From contig NW_024704742.1 of the NCBI RefSeq assembly GCF_018977255.1, positions 127,598,001-127,662,000 on the forward strand: 64,000 bases of DNA, read 5' to 3'. Made by a program: the position numbers and the translations under genes. This document shows positions 49,734 to 61,995 of the stretch, piece by piece; the stretch's first letter is position 1, and every line of letters starts with the position of its first letter. The stretch is from Callorhinchus milii (lineage: Eukaryota). The notes beneath the pieces were generated by a model. That model was not told the origin of the DNA. It did not search any database and saw only the letters and a program-made list of their open reading frames with translations.

Positions 49734-51157
49734 TATATTATTCTCACGCTGGTTTGAGCCCAACTTGACACTAGGTTGCCATGTATTATTTTAAAGTGAT
49801 TGAGGCATTGGGAATCTGAAGAGTATTGTTTGACAGAGGTGCCAAGATAACCTGAACCTATGTTTGAACTGAACTGAAAACCAATGGAAAACTAGGAAGC
49901 TGGTTAGTAATGCCTTATTAAGGTCCATTCTTGTGCTGCTCTACTACCAGCAGCTTGAATCTACCTTATCTTTTCTTTTCACTCAGGAAAGGCACATGAA
50001 AGAGAAGGGCTTGCAGAGGTATGAGGATAAGGTTGGGTGGTGGGATTGAATTGATTTTCTTTGCTCTGTCACTCAATGGGCTTAATGGCCACCTTTTATG
50101 CTGTAGATTTTTATGCTTCTATGTTCTTAAATGGGAAGAAGTTGTAATTCTACATCTCACATATTTGCTGATACTATCCAAACCCCAACAAACGATACTG
50201 GCAGGAATCCTGTGCCGTGTTTGATTTAAATACTTGGGCTATCTAGGTTAATGACTATATTGCTATGATAGAAACCATGTGTAATAATGTACCATGTGAA
50301 ACATGGCCGTATAACATTACTCTCTTAGAATGTATAATATACCTGTTATAATTGTTATGAATATAATGATTGTTCGCAAAGATATATTCTATTGCCCAAG
50401 GTCTGCCTTGAAAACATGCTTTCTATTAAATGGAATAGAGCTTATCCTGTGTTTTTCTTAAATAAATAATGGGTTTGGAGACAGTTCTATATTTTTTGGA
50501 GAAATGCATTCAGATGCAAATTGGAAATCTGAGATTGTTTACTGTGTCTTCTTAACAAATGAAATCAAGAGTATTCCATAACACTTTTAAGTTCTAATTA
50601 TAATCAATTTAGAGACAGAAATCTGTTGAAAGCATTTCCCGTCTTTATTTTCTATTTCCTGAGGATGATATTCCACCTACTCTTAGCCTGTAATAAGACC
50701 ATTGATTCTTACAATTTAAGGTTGTGCAGAATCATTTCACACAATTCTGCGTGATCAGAATTTTTGAGGCTTGCAGACCAAGACCAGGTAGAATTTCAGG
50801 CCCTTGGTGTCATAATACACCAATGGTTGTGAACCATACATAAGTCTCGCAATCCAGTATTCACAAACCATAAGAAACAGGGTCATTTAGGGTGACATTT
50901 GTAACAATGATCATATTGAATCTGTTATGAAGTGTCTAAAATTCAGTCTTTAAGGATAAAACAAGGTATGTTTTAAAAAACTTTTTTTTGCCCCTAGTAA
51001 ATATTGTAAAGTCAATTAAGGCAGATGGGAAGTTCTGAATGGTTTATAAAGATTTAAAGCTCTTGTTTTAATAGTTTCTAACAGTGCCTTTGGACATCTT
51101 CCCGACGTGAAAGGTGGTTTACAAATGTAATTTTGTATTGTGTTGCTTGGAAAGGAG

Positions 51158-51470
51158 GTGTCAGCCTGGCTCAGTTGGCAGCACGATTCTCTCTGAGTCA
51201 GAAGGTTGCTGGCTCCAGACTATATGAGCTGGGGTGTGCTGTGTTGTTGGAGGTGCCGTACACCGAGGTCCTGTCTACCTATTCAGGTGGATCTGGCACT
51301 TTTTGAAAAGAGAAAGTTTATCCCAGTCTTGGCAGCAAAAAAAATTATCATTTACTTCATGGCTGTTTTGGGGACATTGCCAAAAATACACTTTGCAGTA
51401 AATCCTGTGAAATGTTTTGAGACCTGATCCTAACAAGAGAGCTATATCAAATGCAAGGATTATTATTATT
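51158..51470 (+). mobile_element. SINE family B, deleted copy (similar copies near 1642-1785, 48410-48520, 53900-54335, 54420-54682, 56488-56835, 57702-57990)
   Basis: gtgtcagcctggctcagttggcagcac head and aaatgcaaggattattatt tail. Confidence 0.8.
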
Positions 51471-53069
51471 TTATAATAAATAAATAGATGGGTTGAAAGG
51501 AATTTCTCATCCTTGACTTTCTTTGTGTTGTAATACCTTGTCACAAATTATTACCTCCAGGAGAAGAGGGGAGTGTCTATATTAATTCATTTTTGTTTCT
51601 TACTAGTAAATATTTTATAGCAAGCCAGGACCTTTTACACAAAACACACAGGAACTTTCCTTTGGTATTTTTCTAAATATGATGGTTGTGGATGGCTTAC
51701 AAATAAATAAAGCCCTCGTTACAGTGGTTTTGAAAAGAAAAAAATGTCAGAGGTGGTTTAGTGGAGGCAATAACTCCTAATGTAGAGGGTGACATATCTC
51801 GCATTGCAAGTTTAGTGACTTTGATGATGCGCCCTTATTAATGTGCATCATCAAAACCACTGGTTCTAATGGTGAAAGGTATTTTATTCAGCAAATCTGT
51901 AATGCATTCTTGCAGCAACATCTGACAGTGTGGGGGAGTACGTGCGAAACTAGACCAGCCTGATCGAATCAACGTGAGGTCAAATATACAATTCAATCAA
52001 ACAATTACAGGCACGGCAGAGATATTGCTACTATACATTTAGCAGCGTTCCCACAAATGAATTGCAATTCCAGGTCTTCAGTGTTCAAATAAGCCCATGA
52101 ATGAGGTATGAACAATGGAAAACAGCATTTGGTAGCCTTCCTTCCGTATGATCGAATTGAATGCAGTTCATATGCCATACAGTTATGGCAATTCTAATAT
52201 ACCATGACTGATTACCTATACTGATGTATAATAATAAATTAATTAATTATAATAATAATCCTTTAATTTGATATAGCACCTTATCACATCGTTGAGCCAA
52301 CGACAACAACTTGCATTTATATAGACATGTCAAAGCGCTCCACAGGATATACTGTAAAGAGTAGTGACTGTGTATTTTGTGGACGAAATGTGGCAGCCAA
52401 TTGCGTGTCCCTGAATACTGCCGTTATCTTAACAGCTGTTTAATATTAAAAGCAAAATGTGTCTTTCTTAAAAAACGGAACTACTTTTAGCCCTTTAAGG
52501 CATCTCTGAATCTTTGGCTTAAAAACATCAGATATCTGTCCCGCAGTTGGTTACTACAGATGACTCGTGGGAACAGACGCAGGATTTTGACAGTGAAAGA
52601 AAACAGCTGGTGGAAAAAAACATCAATTTTATGTAACAACTGTCAAAGGACCATCGTCCATTTGAGGTTGAATTAAGATCAAATATCCTGTTTGGTCACA
52701 ATCAGGGGGAGGGCGGGGGTGGGGGCGGTGGTGGGGGGTGTGGGGGTTCCTGCATCAAGCCAAATTGAAGTGGGGCTGGTATACTGAATTTATTTACACA
52801 AGTCTTATGAATTTTTTTATGGGACTTAAGTTGAAAACTTTATAAATTTTAAATGCTCCCACATGTTCCAAGAAAAGGAGAATCTGAGTTTAGGTCAGAG
52901 CATTTAACATTGAATACAAGTTCCAGAAAAGCCTATAATTTATATCTAACATAATACGCCAGTTGTGTTAAAAACAAAGCCCTGGTGCTGACGCTGGTAA
53001 TAATGGGTTACAGAAAGTTGGGCAGAATAGGGTAATTAGGGGTGGATTGGCAAAATTACAAGTTCAACA

Positions 53070-53427
53070 GAGTCCTGAAATGTAGTGGTTAGAGCACTCA
53101 CCTCACAAGCGAGACGACCGGGTTTGATTCCTGGACGGGGCAAAACCTTAGGCAAGTGTGCTTACTCCACACCCCTCTGTTTACAACACAATAAGTCAGA
53201 ACCCGGTTTTGTTAATCAATTGGCGGATCGCTTTCTTTTAAAAAAATAATAATTTGGTCACTCAATCCACGATGTTTGTGGGACACTGCTGTGTGCAATT
53301 GGCTTCCACGTTTCATTCACAAAATACACAGTCAACTCACTTAACAGTATATTCTGTGAAGCGCTTTGAGATGACTCAACGACGTGATAGGGCGCTATAT
53401 CAAATGAAAGGAATATTATTATTATTA
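53070..53427 (+). mobile_element. SINE family A, full length
   Basis: gagtcctgaaatgtagtggttagagcactc...gggtttgattcc...gggcgctatatcaaatg...(ATT)n. Confidence 0.92.
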
Positions 53428-54846
53428 ACAATTTTAAATGCAACTGAGAAGCAACCAATGGTAACTGCTTGACACTGAGTACTTGACTTTCTGTTTCCCA
53501 GTGTTAACCCAGAGGCTGACAGAGGAAGGGATGATCAGGACACTTACCAGGTTGCAATTTGCAAGACGGCCTAGGATGAATTTTCTGACTTCTCAACCTT
53601 CCAGCTGTGGCTGTGTTTTTAACACAAACACCACTGAAACATTGCTGGGCAGCAATTTGAATTTTAGGATCTAATGATTTCTGCAAACACTCGGTGAACT
53701 GTCAAGAAGGTGGATTTACTGGAAGTGGAAACACATGGTAAAAGAAAGTTCAAACTCCACAAAGTATATTATCTAAAATTACTTTGAACAGAAACAGATT
53801 ATTAGGGATTAGTATGCTGCCCTCAATATTTATGATTGTTTTTATATGTATTCATTTGAAGCTGTGGGACATTGCACCTGGGTATAAGCTTGCCTCATTT
53901 TGTAGCACCTCCTTTACCTAGTCAGATGTTTCTGAGTTCCAAGCCCACATCAGGACTATGAGCTCAGTCAATGTCAACAATCCAATGTTGTTGGATGAGA
54001 TGTCAAACTGAGGTGTCATTTGCCTGGTCATGTAGACAATAAAGATCCCATGCCGCTATTTATTATTTATTTATGCATAATGTTTTCAGTAAGACCTTTC
54101 AGAGCATGATGATTTCCTTTCACATTATTCGCTTAGAAATGTGAGAGGGAGTAAGTTTGCTCTTTGTGCTGCACTTGAACAAATCTATTAGTATGAACAG
54201 ATGCAACTATGAATTTACACTTCTGTGTAATGTATCAACAAAATACTCAGTTACTTCACACAGTAAATCCTATGAACATTTTGAGATGTCCTCCTGAAGT
54301 CAAAGATACTAAACCAAATGCAAGGATTATTATTTTAACAACCATCCCTTTACATATAACACTGTAATTTATAAATAATTAGATCAAAATAAGTTTCTAA
54401 CAAAACGGTGTCAGAATATCTCAAAATTCTTCACAGGTAATTCCTTTTTTGTGGAGTGATAGTTTTTGTAGGTAAATGTCATTTTGATCAGTAAGGCCCC
54501 ATAAATAGCCATTAGGCAGAAGAAACTCTTTTTGGAATAGTGTTATTTGATGTCCTCCTGACCAGTCAGAGGGGATCCCAGTTTAACATTCAGTTTTACA
54601 GATGCACCTCCAACAATACAGCATTTTCTATGATTGAACTTAGAACCTTCTGAGCCAGAGGTGAGAGTAGTACCAACTGAGTCCTTGGTGGGAAGATAGG
54701 TAGGTTCTCTGTGGGGTTAAACTGGCTCCAAAATTACACTCATGGTATTGCTAGAGGTTAACCTGTCTGATCCATCAATGACTTGGATATGTGGACATGC
54801 CGTTAACTGCAAACCAAACTTGCAATGGGTAAGGTCGATCTAAGTG

Positions 54847-55420
54847 ACAACAACAACAACAACTTGCACTTATATAGCACCCACCATGCAGGGCAGCATC
54901 TCAGAGCACTTAACAGTGGCAGAGCCTGACTCTGAGCTGGGGGTGAGGAAGTGACTGTAAGCACGATTGAAAAGAAAGATTTTCAGACTGGACTTGAAAA
55001 AGAGGAGCGAGGGGGCAAGGCAGAGGGATTGAGGCAGAGTGTTCCAGAGTTTCGGGGTGTAGTGGCTGAATGCGCGAGGGGCAAGCAGGAGCCAGTGGAA
55101 TGGAAGCACCGAGTTGTGGATTGGGGAGTGAGGAGGTCGGAGAGGTAGGGAGGTGCCAGAGAGTGAAGGGATTTGAACACAAATGTGAAGATCTTGAATT
55201 CGATCTGTTCGGTGATGGGGAGCCAGTGGAGCCTGACTATAACTGGAGAGATGTGGGTACGGAGTTTGGTTTGGGTCAGTAGGTGGGCGGCAGAGTTCTG
55301 AATGAGCTGGATATTTTGAATAATAGAGCTGGGGAGACTGGCGAGGAGTGTGTTGGAGTAATCCAAGCGGGAGGTGACAAATGCATGCATGGGGGTTTCG
55401 GCTGCATTTGGGATAAGGGA
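54847..55420 (-). mobile_element. L2 LINE 3' fragment
   Basis: HAFVTSRLDYSNTLLASLP...QNSAAHLLT...LHWLPITEQIEFKI, with a (CAA)n tail at the left end. Confidence 0.93.
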
Positions 55421-55509
55421 TTGTGAAACCATTGAATTTACTAATGGAAAAACAGGGAGGGGATTTCTCTTGGGGGAAGCACAGTGAAGCATTGAGGCTA
55501 TGATCCAGT

Positions 55510-55960
55510 GATATAAAAAGGCATAAAATGCAAAGAAGCCATTAAATTGCTCAAGCCTGCTCCTCCACAGAATGTGCAGCCTATCATGCTCTCAGCCCAA
55601 TTTATTTAATCTCCTAAGGGACAATTTCTTCCTGATCCCAAAGTATTCAAATAAAACAACATCTCCACAACATCTACCCAACCTTACAATCTAAATTGTT
55701 CAATTTGTTTGGGTACTTTCATTGGATCACATTAGCCTCGTCCCAGGACTGCATAAATCAGGTATTTAGTCACCTCTGTCAACATCCCAAATAAACTTGG
55801 AACGTTTATTTCAGTTTCTAACCAGATATGTATGTAGTTTCTTTCTAAAGGAGATATTTGCACAATATTAATTGCTTTTGCTGGAAATCCGCTCCACATA
55901 TTTACTACTCTTTGGGAAAACAAATCTAATCTCCCGTCTCACTTGGGGCTTATTAATTTT
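55510..55960 (-). mobile_element. Old CR1 3' fragment
   Basis: FSQRVVNMWSGFPAKAI in ORF 55732-55923, plus a CR1-type 3' UTR. Confidence 0.6.
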
Positions 55961-57239
55961 GTATTTTGTGTCCTCTGGTTCTGGGCTCACAGCCCAACTT
56001 AAGGAACTTGTTCGTATTTATATTATCCATTCCTCTCAGCGTTTTAAATCTTGGATCAAGTTTTCTTGCACTAATCTATATTCCAATTTTTTTTTTCTTT
56101 TTCAGTATCTTTTCATCACTTGGGGGCCAACGGACTGCAATCATACTCGTCACTCTGTCTGAACTCTTTCCAAAAACATCAGTGGGCCCAAATTCCCTCT
56201 CCTCTCTAACGGTAGTGAAACTGTAGGAATCGGTGGAATTTTAGGAGTTTATGCTAACAGATTTGTCCAATTTTAGCTTAAATGTTAAACTTTCTCCTCC
56301 TCACAACTCAGAGCAAACTGTGTTTGTGAAATAAATAGTTGAGTCGTACTTTTGAAGACATTATATTAAATAGGAATATGTACAACATTCATTCACATTG
56401 AATGGTGAATTTAAAATCCGAGTCCACTCCTGGAATTAGTGAGGTACTTGTCTGATAACTTTATATTGGTTTTGTAATCGTAGCAAGTATCAGCCTGGCT
56501 CAGTTGGTAGCACTCTTGTTTCTTAGTCAGAAGGTTATTTGTTCCATATCAGGACTTTGAACGCATATAGTCCAGGGAGACATCCAATACAGTGTGCTGT
56601 TTTGTTGGAGTTGCTGTCCTTTAAGTAAGATATTAAACTAAAGTCTCACCTTCCTATTTAGGAGATGGTAAAATTCTTATGAATATGAGAGAAAATAGGT
56701 TGTCCTGGTGTCCTGGACAATAATCTATATAAATTGTCTTTCACTTTGGGGCTGCTTCTTGGATCTTTGCAATGTTGCCAGGTTTACCTACAAATACACA
56801 GTCAAAACACCTGCTATATCAAATGGAGGGATTATTAAATTACAACCAGCGCTCTCCCTCCAAGTCGTTTATGAATAGTTTAAACTGCAGAGAACCAAAG
56901 AGCAGGCACCTGTAGGCAGTATGAATCGTGTTGAGCCATGTGAATTGAAATCACAGTGGTAGTTTCTTGGACTGCCCGTGACTGTTTAGTTATTAATTTG
57001 TAATGTTATTGAGAGTACTTAGTTACACATGCACAGAACTCATCTCAGGCATGGGCAAAAGAGATCAGGAGTGGGTAGTATAAATCCTGTTCCCTGCCTC
57101 GAATCGCTCCATTGCTATAAGTAATTTTGCATTGCTTCTAGCTGAATAAAGTCAGTACTGTTTTCTTCTCATAGAATTCCAGCAGATTAGTGAGGCATAA
57201 CCTACTGCTTATAAATCCATGCTGACTGCTTCTTACACC

Positions 57240-57665
57240 TTATACGCTCTTTCGATGAACATTGAACTGATCCTGCATATTTGCTGTAAGCTTTATTTGC
57301 ATCAAACTCAGCTGCGAGTATCCTCACCCATACCAAACTCCACCCGTCCATTACTCCAGCCCTTGCTAAGATTCCTGTTTCCCAATGTATTGATTTCAAG
57401 GTGCTCACTTTCACCTATAAATTCCTTCACGTCCGAGCACCTTCTTAGTTCTTTGATCTTCTACAGCGCTTTGAGACGTCTTTCTGACGTGAAGGTCGCT
57501 ATACAAGTGTAATTTGTTGTTGTTGTTAGCTGCATTCCTCTGCTCACTCTTCGCTCAGCTAACCAGGCTTGCTGCGTGTCTCAACTCTCCACACCACCAT
57601 CGGTAGTTGAATCAGATACTACGTCCTTAGCCTCTGGAACTCCCTCTCTCTACCTCTGTCTTTAG
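57240..57665 (+). mobile_element. Old L2 fragment interrupted by a short L2 tail (about 57460-57528)
   Basis: caaactcagctg...ccattactcc...tgatttcaaggtgctc resembles the L2 3' ORF. A younger cagcgctttgagacg...ttgttgttg tail lies inside it. Confidence 0.65.
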
Positions 57666-58269
57666 TCTCTTCTGTATCTGTTTTTAGGATCAGTTTTTTT
57701 TGTGTCAGCCTGCCTTAGCTGGTTTCAAGCTTGCTTCTGAGTCAGAAGGATTGTGGGTTGAAACCCTATGTCAGGACCCTATGAACTCACAGCCTAGGCT
57801 TGCACTCCAGTGTGTTGCATTGTCGGAGGTGCTGTCCTTTGGATGAGACATCCCTTGTGGGACATTGCTGTGCACATATTGGCTACTGTGTTCACCTGCA
57901 AATACAATCCCTTCACAATAAAATCCTGTGAAGCACTTTGCAATGTGTTGACGACGTGCTAAAGTGCTATATCAGATGCGAGGATTATTATTTATTGTAT
58001 CCTGCCTTAAATCTACCTCTTCAACTTTGGTCACCTCTCTTCCTCCCCGCCCCCCCCATCCCCATCCCATTCTATCCTGCTTGCCATCCAACCCCATCAC
58101 TGCAAAACGCTGTGCTATGTAAATGCTGTTGTTTAAAATTATAAGCCATTTTCTACAAAAATCTACATTTTGGCTTGGATTTAGATGTAAGTTCAATAAT
58201 AATTAAAATTGTTAAGAAAAACTTTTTTTTGCATAATCAAAATTAGTTATGCGACATTTTCAGTTGATG

Positions 58270-58622
58270 CAATACAATATTACATTTGCAAAGTGCCTAT
58301 CATGTCAATAGGACGTCCCAAGGTGCTGAACAGTCAGGGATTAGATATTAGGACCCAAGCGGGGGCAGGGGTGGGGTTGGGATCAGGGGAGTGCAGGGCA
58401 GAGAGGTAGGAAGGTGGCTGAAGGCACTGTCGAAGGGGAGAGTCTTGAGACGCGCCTTGAAGGAGGCAAGGGAGGAAGTGAGGAGAAAGCAATGTGGGTT
58501 GGAGTTCCAGGGTGGGGGCAGAGAGGCTGAATGGTGGGGCGGGCTAGGACGGGGGACATGGAGCAGGCCGGAACCTGCTGAGGGTGGGTAGCGGACAGGT
58601 TGATAAGGGGTTAGCAGGTCAG
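58270..58622 (-). mobile_element. L2 LINE 3' fragment
   Basis: SDLLTPYQP...GSGLLHVPRP...FKARLKT, with tail caatacaatattacatttg. Confidence 0.88.
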
Positions 58623-59186
58623 AGTGTTGCCTTTCAACACAAAACCGCAACGGATGTCATAGCAACCAGTTTGCAAACCCCATAAATCTGAAATCCATTT
58701 AGACTTTCTGTGTATGCAGAAGGCAGCAAAACAGACAACCCTGAAATTTACAACTGAGACAAACTGAAAAGCATATGGGTCGAGTCAGTCAAGTAGTAAG
58801 TTGACGTGTTCTTGCTTCGTGAAGTTTGCAGAAATTTGAATGTACAAAACAAGACATTTGTACTAATTCATTGTGCAAACAGCAATTTAATTACAAAAAA
58901 GATAATTACATACCAAATTCAAATCATCATCATATGTTTGCTCCCAATAAACTTGCTACGCTTACCCTTTCTCGCTCCCGTAAGATGTATTTCACCCGCA
59001 AAAATATACATTTAATTCACTTTATAGTATATTCTGTGAAGTGTTTTGAGATGTCTCGGCGATGTGATAATACACTATATCAAATGCAAGGATTATTAAT
59101 ATTATTAGCTTTTCAACAGCACTTTTGGCCTTGCTAAAATTATGAGTTTTAGGCATAGTGCATAGGCATAGGCATAGACTTTCAAA

Positions 59187-59612
59187 ATAATATAATCCTT
59201 GCATTTGATATACCGCCGTTCATGACAGGAGGTTGTCTCAAAGTGCTTCAGAGAATATACTGTAAAGGGTAGTGACTGTGTATTTGGTAGACATTGTGGC
59301 AGCCAATTTGGGCACAGCGATATCTCACAAACAGCCATGAAGTGAATGAACAATTTTATTCGGGGACTTGTTTGCCAGTACATTGGGAGAAACACCCTTC
59401 TCTTTTAAAATAGTCCACCTGAACAGGTAGACGGGATTTTGGTTTAACATGTCATCTGAAGGATGGTACATCCTACAATGCAGTACAACCCCGACACTGC
59501 ATTGGAGTGTCAAACAAAAGTATATCAATTCAAAGTCCCAAATGTGCGGGTTTGAATTTACAGCCCGCTGACTCAGAGGTGAGAGGTGCTAGTAACTGAA
59601 CCAGGTTGACAC
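59187..59612 (-). mobile_element. SINE family B, full length
   Basis: Tail aatccttgcatttgatat at the left and head ...ctgactcagaggtgagag...aactgaaccaggttgacac at the right. Confidence 0.88.
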
Positions 59613-60339
59613 TTGAAGGTGCCATGGGACTTGTATATCTTTATTATTGTTGTTGAATTTGCCTAAAATGATGTTATTTAGGATTAACTATTTATAGTGT
59701 TGTATATTTTGTATATATTTCTTATTGTAGATTATTTTTGTCATTAACGTTACAAATGACACAGGATGCAAACCTTTCCTTGTGCTGTTATTCTGTTGCT
59801 AGCAAACACACGTTTGTTCAACAGATGGGTAAGAGACCAGCAAGGATATTGTGTTTTGATTTGTTACCCTTTAACCTGGTTAGAGCAGCCCAAGCTGCAA
59901 AACAAGCACAGTATTATTGCCGCATTTCATTAATCATGGGCTGGGCCATAACAAAAGTGCAGACACTTTTGCAAAAAATTGTGGAGCACTTTACAAGTCT
60001 TGCGAGGAATTGCAAAGGGCTTTGATAGATTTTGCAGGAAAATTGTGGGGCTTGGTTGGTGCTATTGAGGTACATTTTACTGCTACATTTGTTCACTTTA
60101 TTGATAAAAGCTAAACATAAGGAAATAACACATATTAGATTGTTGCAAAAAAAATTATTAATTGCTTCATTAAGAAAAACTGGGTGGCCTTTTTTTTGGG
60201 GTGGGGAGGGGGGACACTAGCGAGGCTATAGGAGCTCACCACTTCCTGCCTCTCAGGGCCGACACCCCACACAGACAACAACAACAAAATTACATTTGTA
60301 TAGTGCCCTTTCATGTCGGGAGGACGTCCCATGGCGCTA

Positions 60340-60865
60340 GAAACAGACACAGAGACGTAGAGAGAGACACACACACTCAGAGACCCAGAGAGAGACACAC
60401 ACACACTCAGAGAAACACAGAGAGAGAGACACACACTCAGAGACACACATACACTCAGAGACACAGAGAGAGACACACACACTCAGAGACACAGAGAAAC
60501 ACACACACACTCAGAGACCCAGAGAGAGACACACACTCAGTGACCCAGAGAGAGGCAGACATGTACTCAGAGACACAGAGAGCAAAAGACACACACACTC
60601 AGAGAGACAGAGATACACACTCACAGACACAGAGAGAGACATTCTCAGAGAGAGAGAGAGAGAGAGACAGTCACAGAGAGAGACACATTCTCACAGACAC
60701 AGAGAGACACATTCTCAGAGAGAGAGAGACACGCACACACTCATAGACACAAAGGGACATACATACACACATACACAGAGACATACATTCACACAAAGAC
60801 ACTCATAAACACACACACACATAGAAGAGACAAACACACTCACCGAGAGCCACACACAAACAATC
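60340..60865. repeat. Compound (AG)n/(AC)n low-complexity minisatellite
   Basis: Recurring unit close to CACACACTCAGAGACACAGAGAGAGA. Confidence 0.95.
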
Positions 60866-61354
60866 ACAACAGAGGGGCCTCTGAGTGTAGCCCATTTGCC
60901 TCTTGCGCCATATTGCACAAACGTGCCCGGAGCTGCTCCACCCACAGTAACGCCAGGTAAACATCACGAGCATCCTGGAGATCTGAAACTATATTTATGG
61001 TGGGTTTGTAACAGACGGGATCGTTGTAGTGGAAAAAGCGGAAAAGGTGCAGCTGCACTTTTCTATTGACTCTAGTCATGGGCATCAAACAAATAAGCCT
61101 TTTGCATCAGACTAATGCATTTGGGATGTCGTCCCAATGGGGAAGGTGCTATATCAATGCAATTTCTTGTTGTTGTTATCAGATCTGTTTTTCGGTGTTA
61201 AGTAAATCAAAACTGTAAAATTTTATGATTGAAATCACCAAAATGAGGTCTAATTTGCAATATTTCATAACGGGATTCCTTAATAAGAAAGGAATCACGT
61301 TAGAATTCCTCTAAGTCTATGGGAACCCCACTCGGGAAGTAAATCCAGCCAGGG

Positions 61355-61995
61355 AGGAGATTCACAAGATCGGTTCAGATGAAGAAAGCCCTTTGGTCCA
61401 TCCGATCTCATCCTAACAGAACCCCCATCCTACTGTGCTCCTATCACAGCATCAAGCTGTTGTTTAAATGAGTCCAGTGTCCTGACCTCAACCACCCTTT
61501 GTGGCAACCTGTTCCAGTCATTTATTATTGTCTGGGTAAAAAAAAACTTCCTTGTATCTGCCCTGAAATTGCCTTTTGCAACTCTAAAACTATGAACTCT
61601 TGTTCTACTATCCGGGTGCATCCTAAAGTATTATTCTGGGTTTACTTTTTCAATCCCATTAAAAAAATTAAAAGGTTCCCTTTGAGACATGTTCTGTCAA
61701 GACTGAAGAGCCCTAGCTTCTCCAATCGTTGTTCATAATTCATTCCTCTCACACTGGGGATCATCCTTGTTGCTCTCAACTGGCTGCCTCTAGGCAGCCC
61801 CTCTATGTCGCGGTGACCAGGACTGTATGCAGTACTCCAGATGCAACTTGATGAGAGCACTGTATCATGCTTCAATATGATGTCTGGGAATCTAAACTAA
61901 ACTGGTGCAGTGCAGCATGCTGTTTCCCTTGTTTATTGCTGCCTTACACTGTTTTGACCTGGTGAATGATACGCCAACTAACATCCTAGATCTCT
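61355..61995 (-). mobile_element. CR1 LINE 3' fragment
   Basis: RATRMIPSVRGMNYEQRLEKLGLFSL and SRTRVHSFRVAKGNFRADTRKFFFTQTIINDWNRLP. Confidence 0.92.

Noticed and set aside
49984..50015. 32-nt exon with good-looking splice sites
   Set aside because: It lies in a CR1-type 3' end fragment and does not preserve frame.
60135..60945. R/H/T/E-rich and V/C/S/L-rich ORFs
   Set aside because: They are translations of the AG/AC low-complexity repeat.
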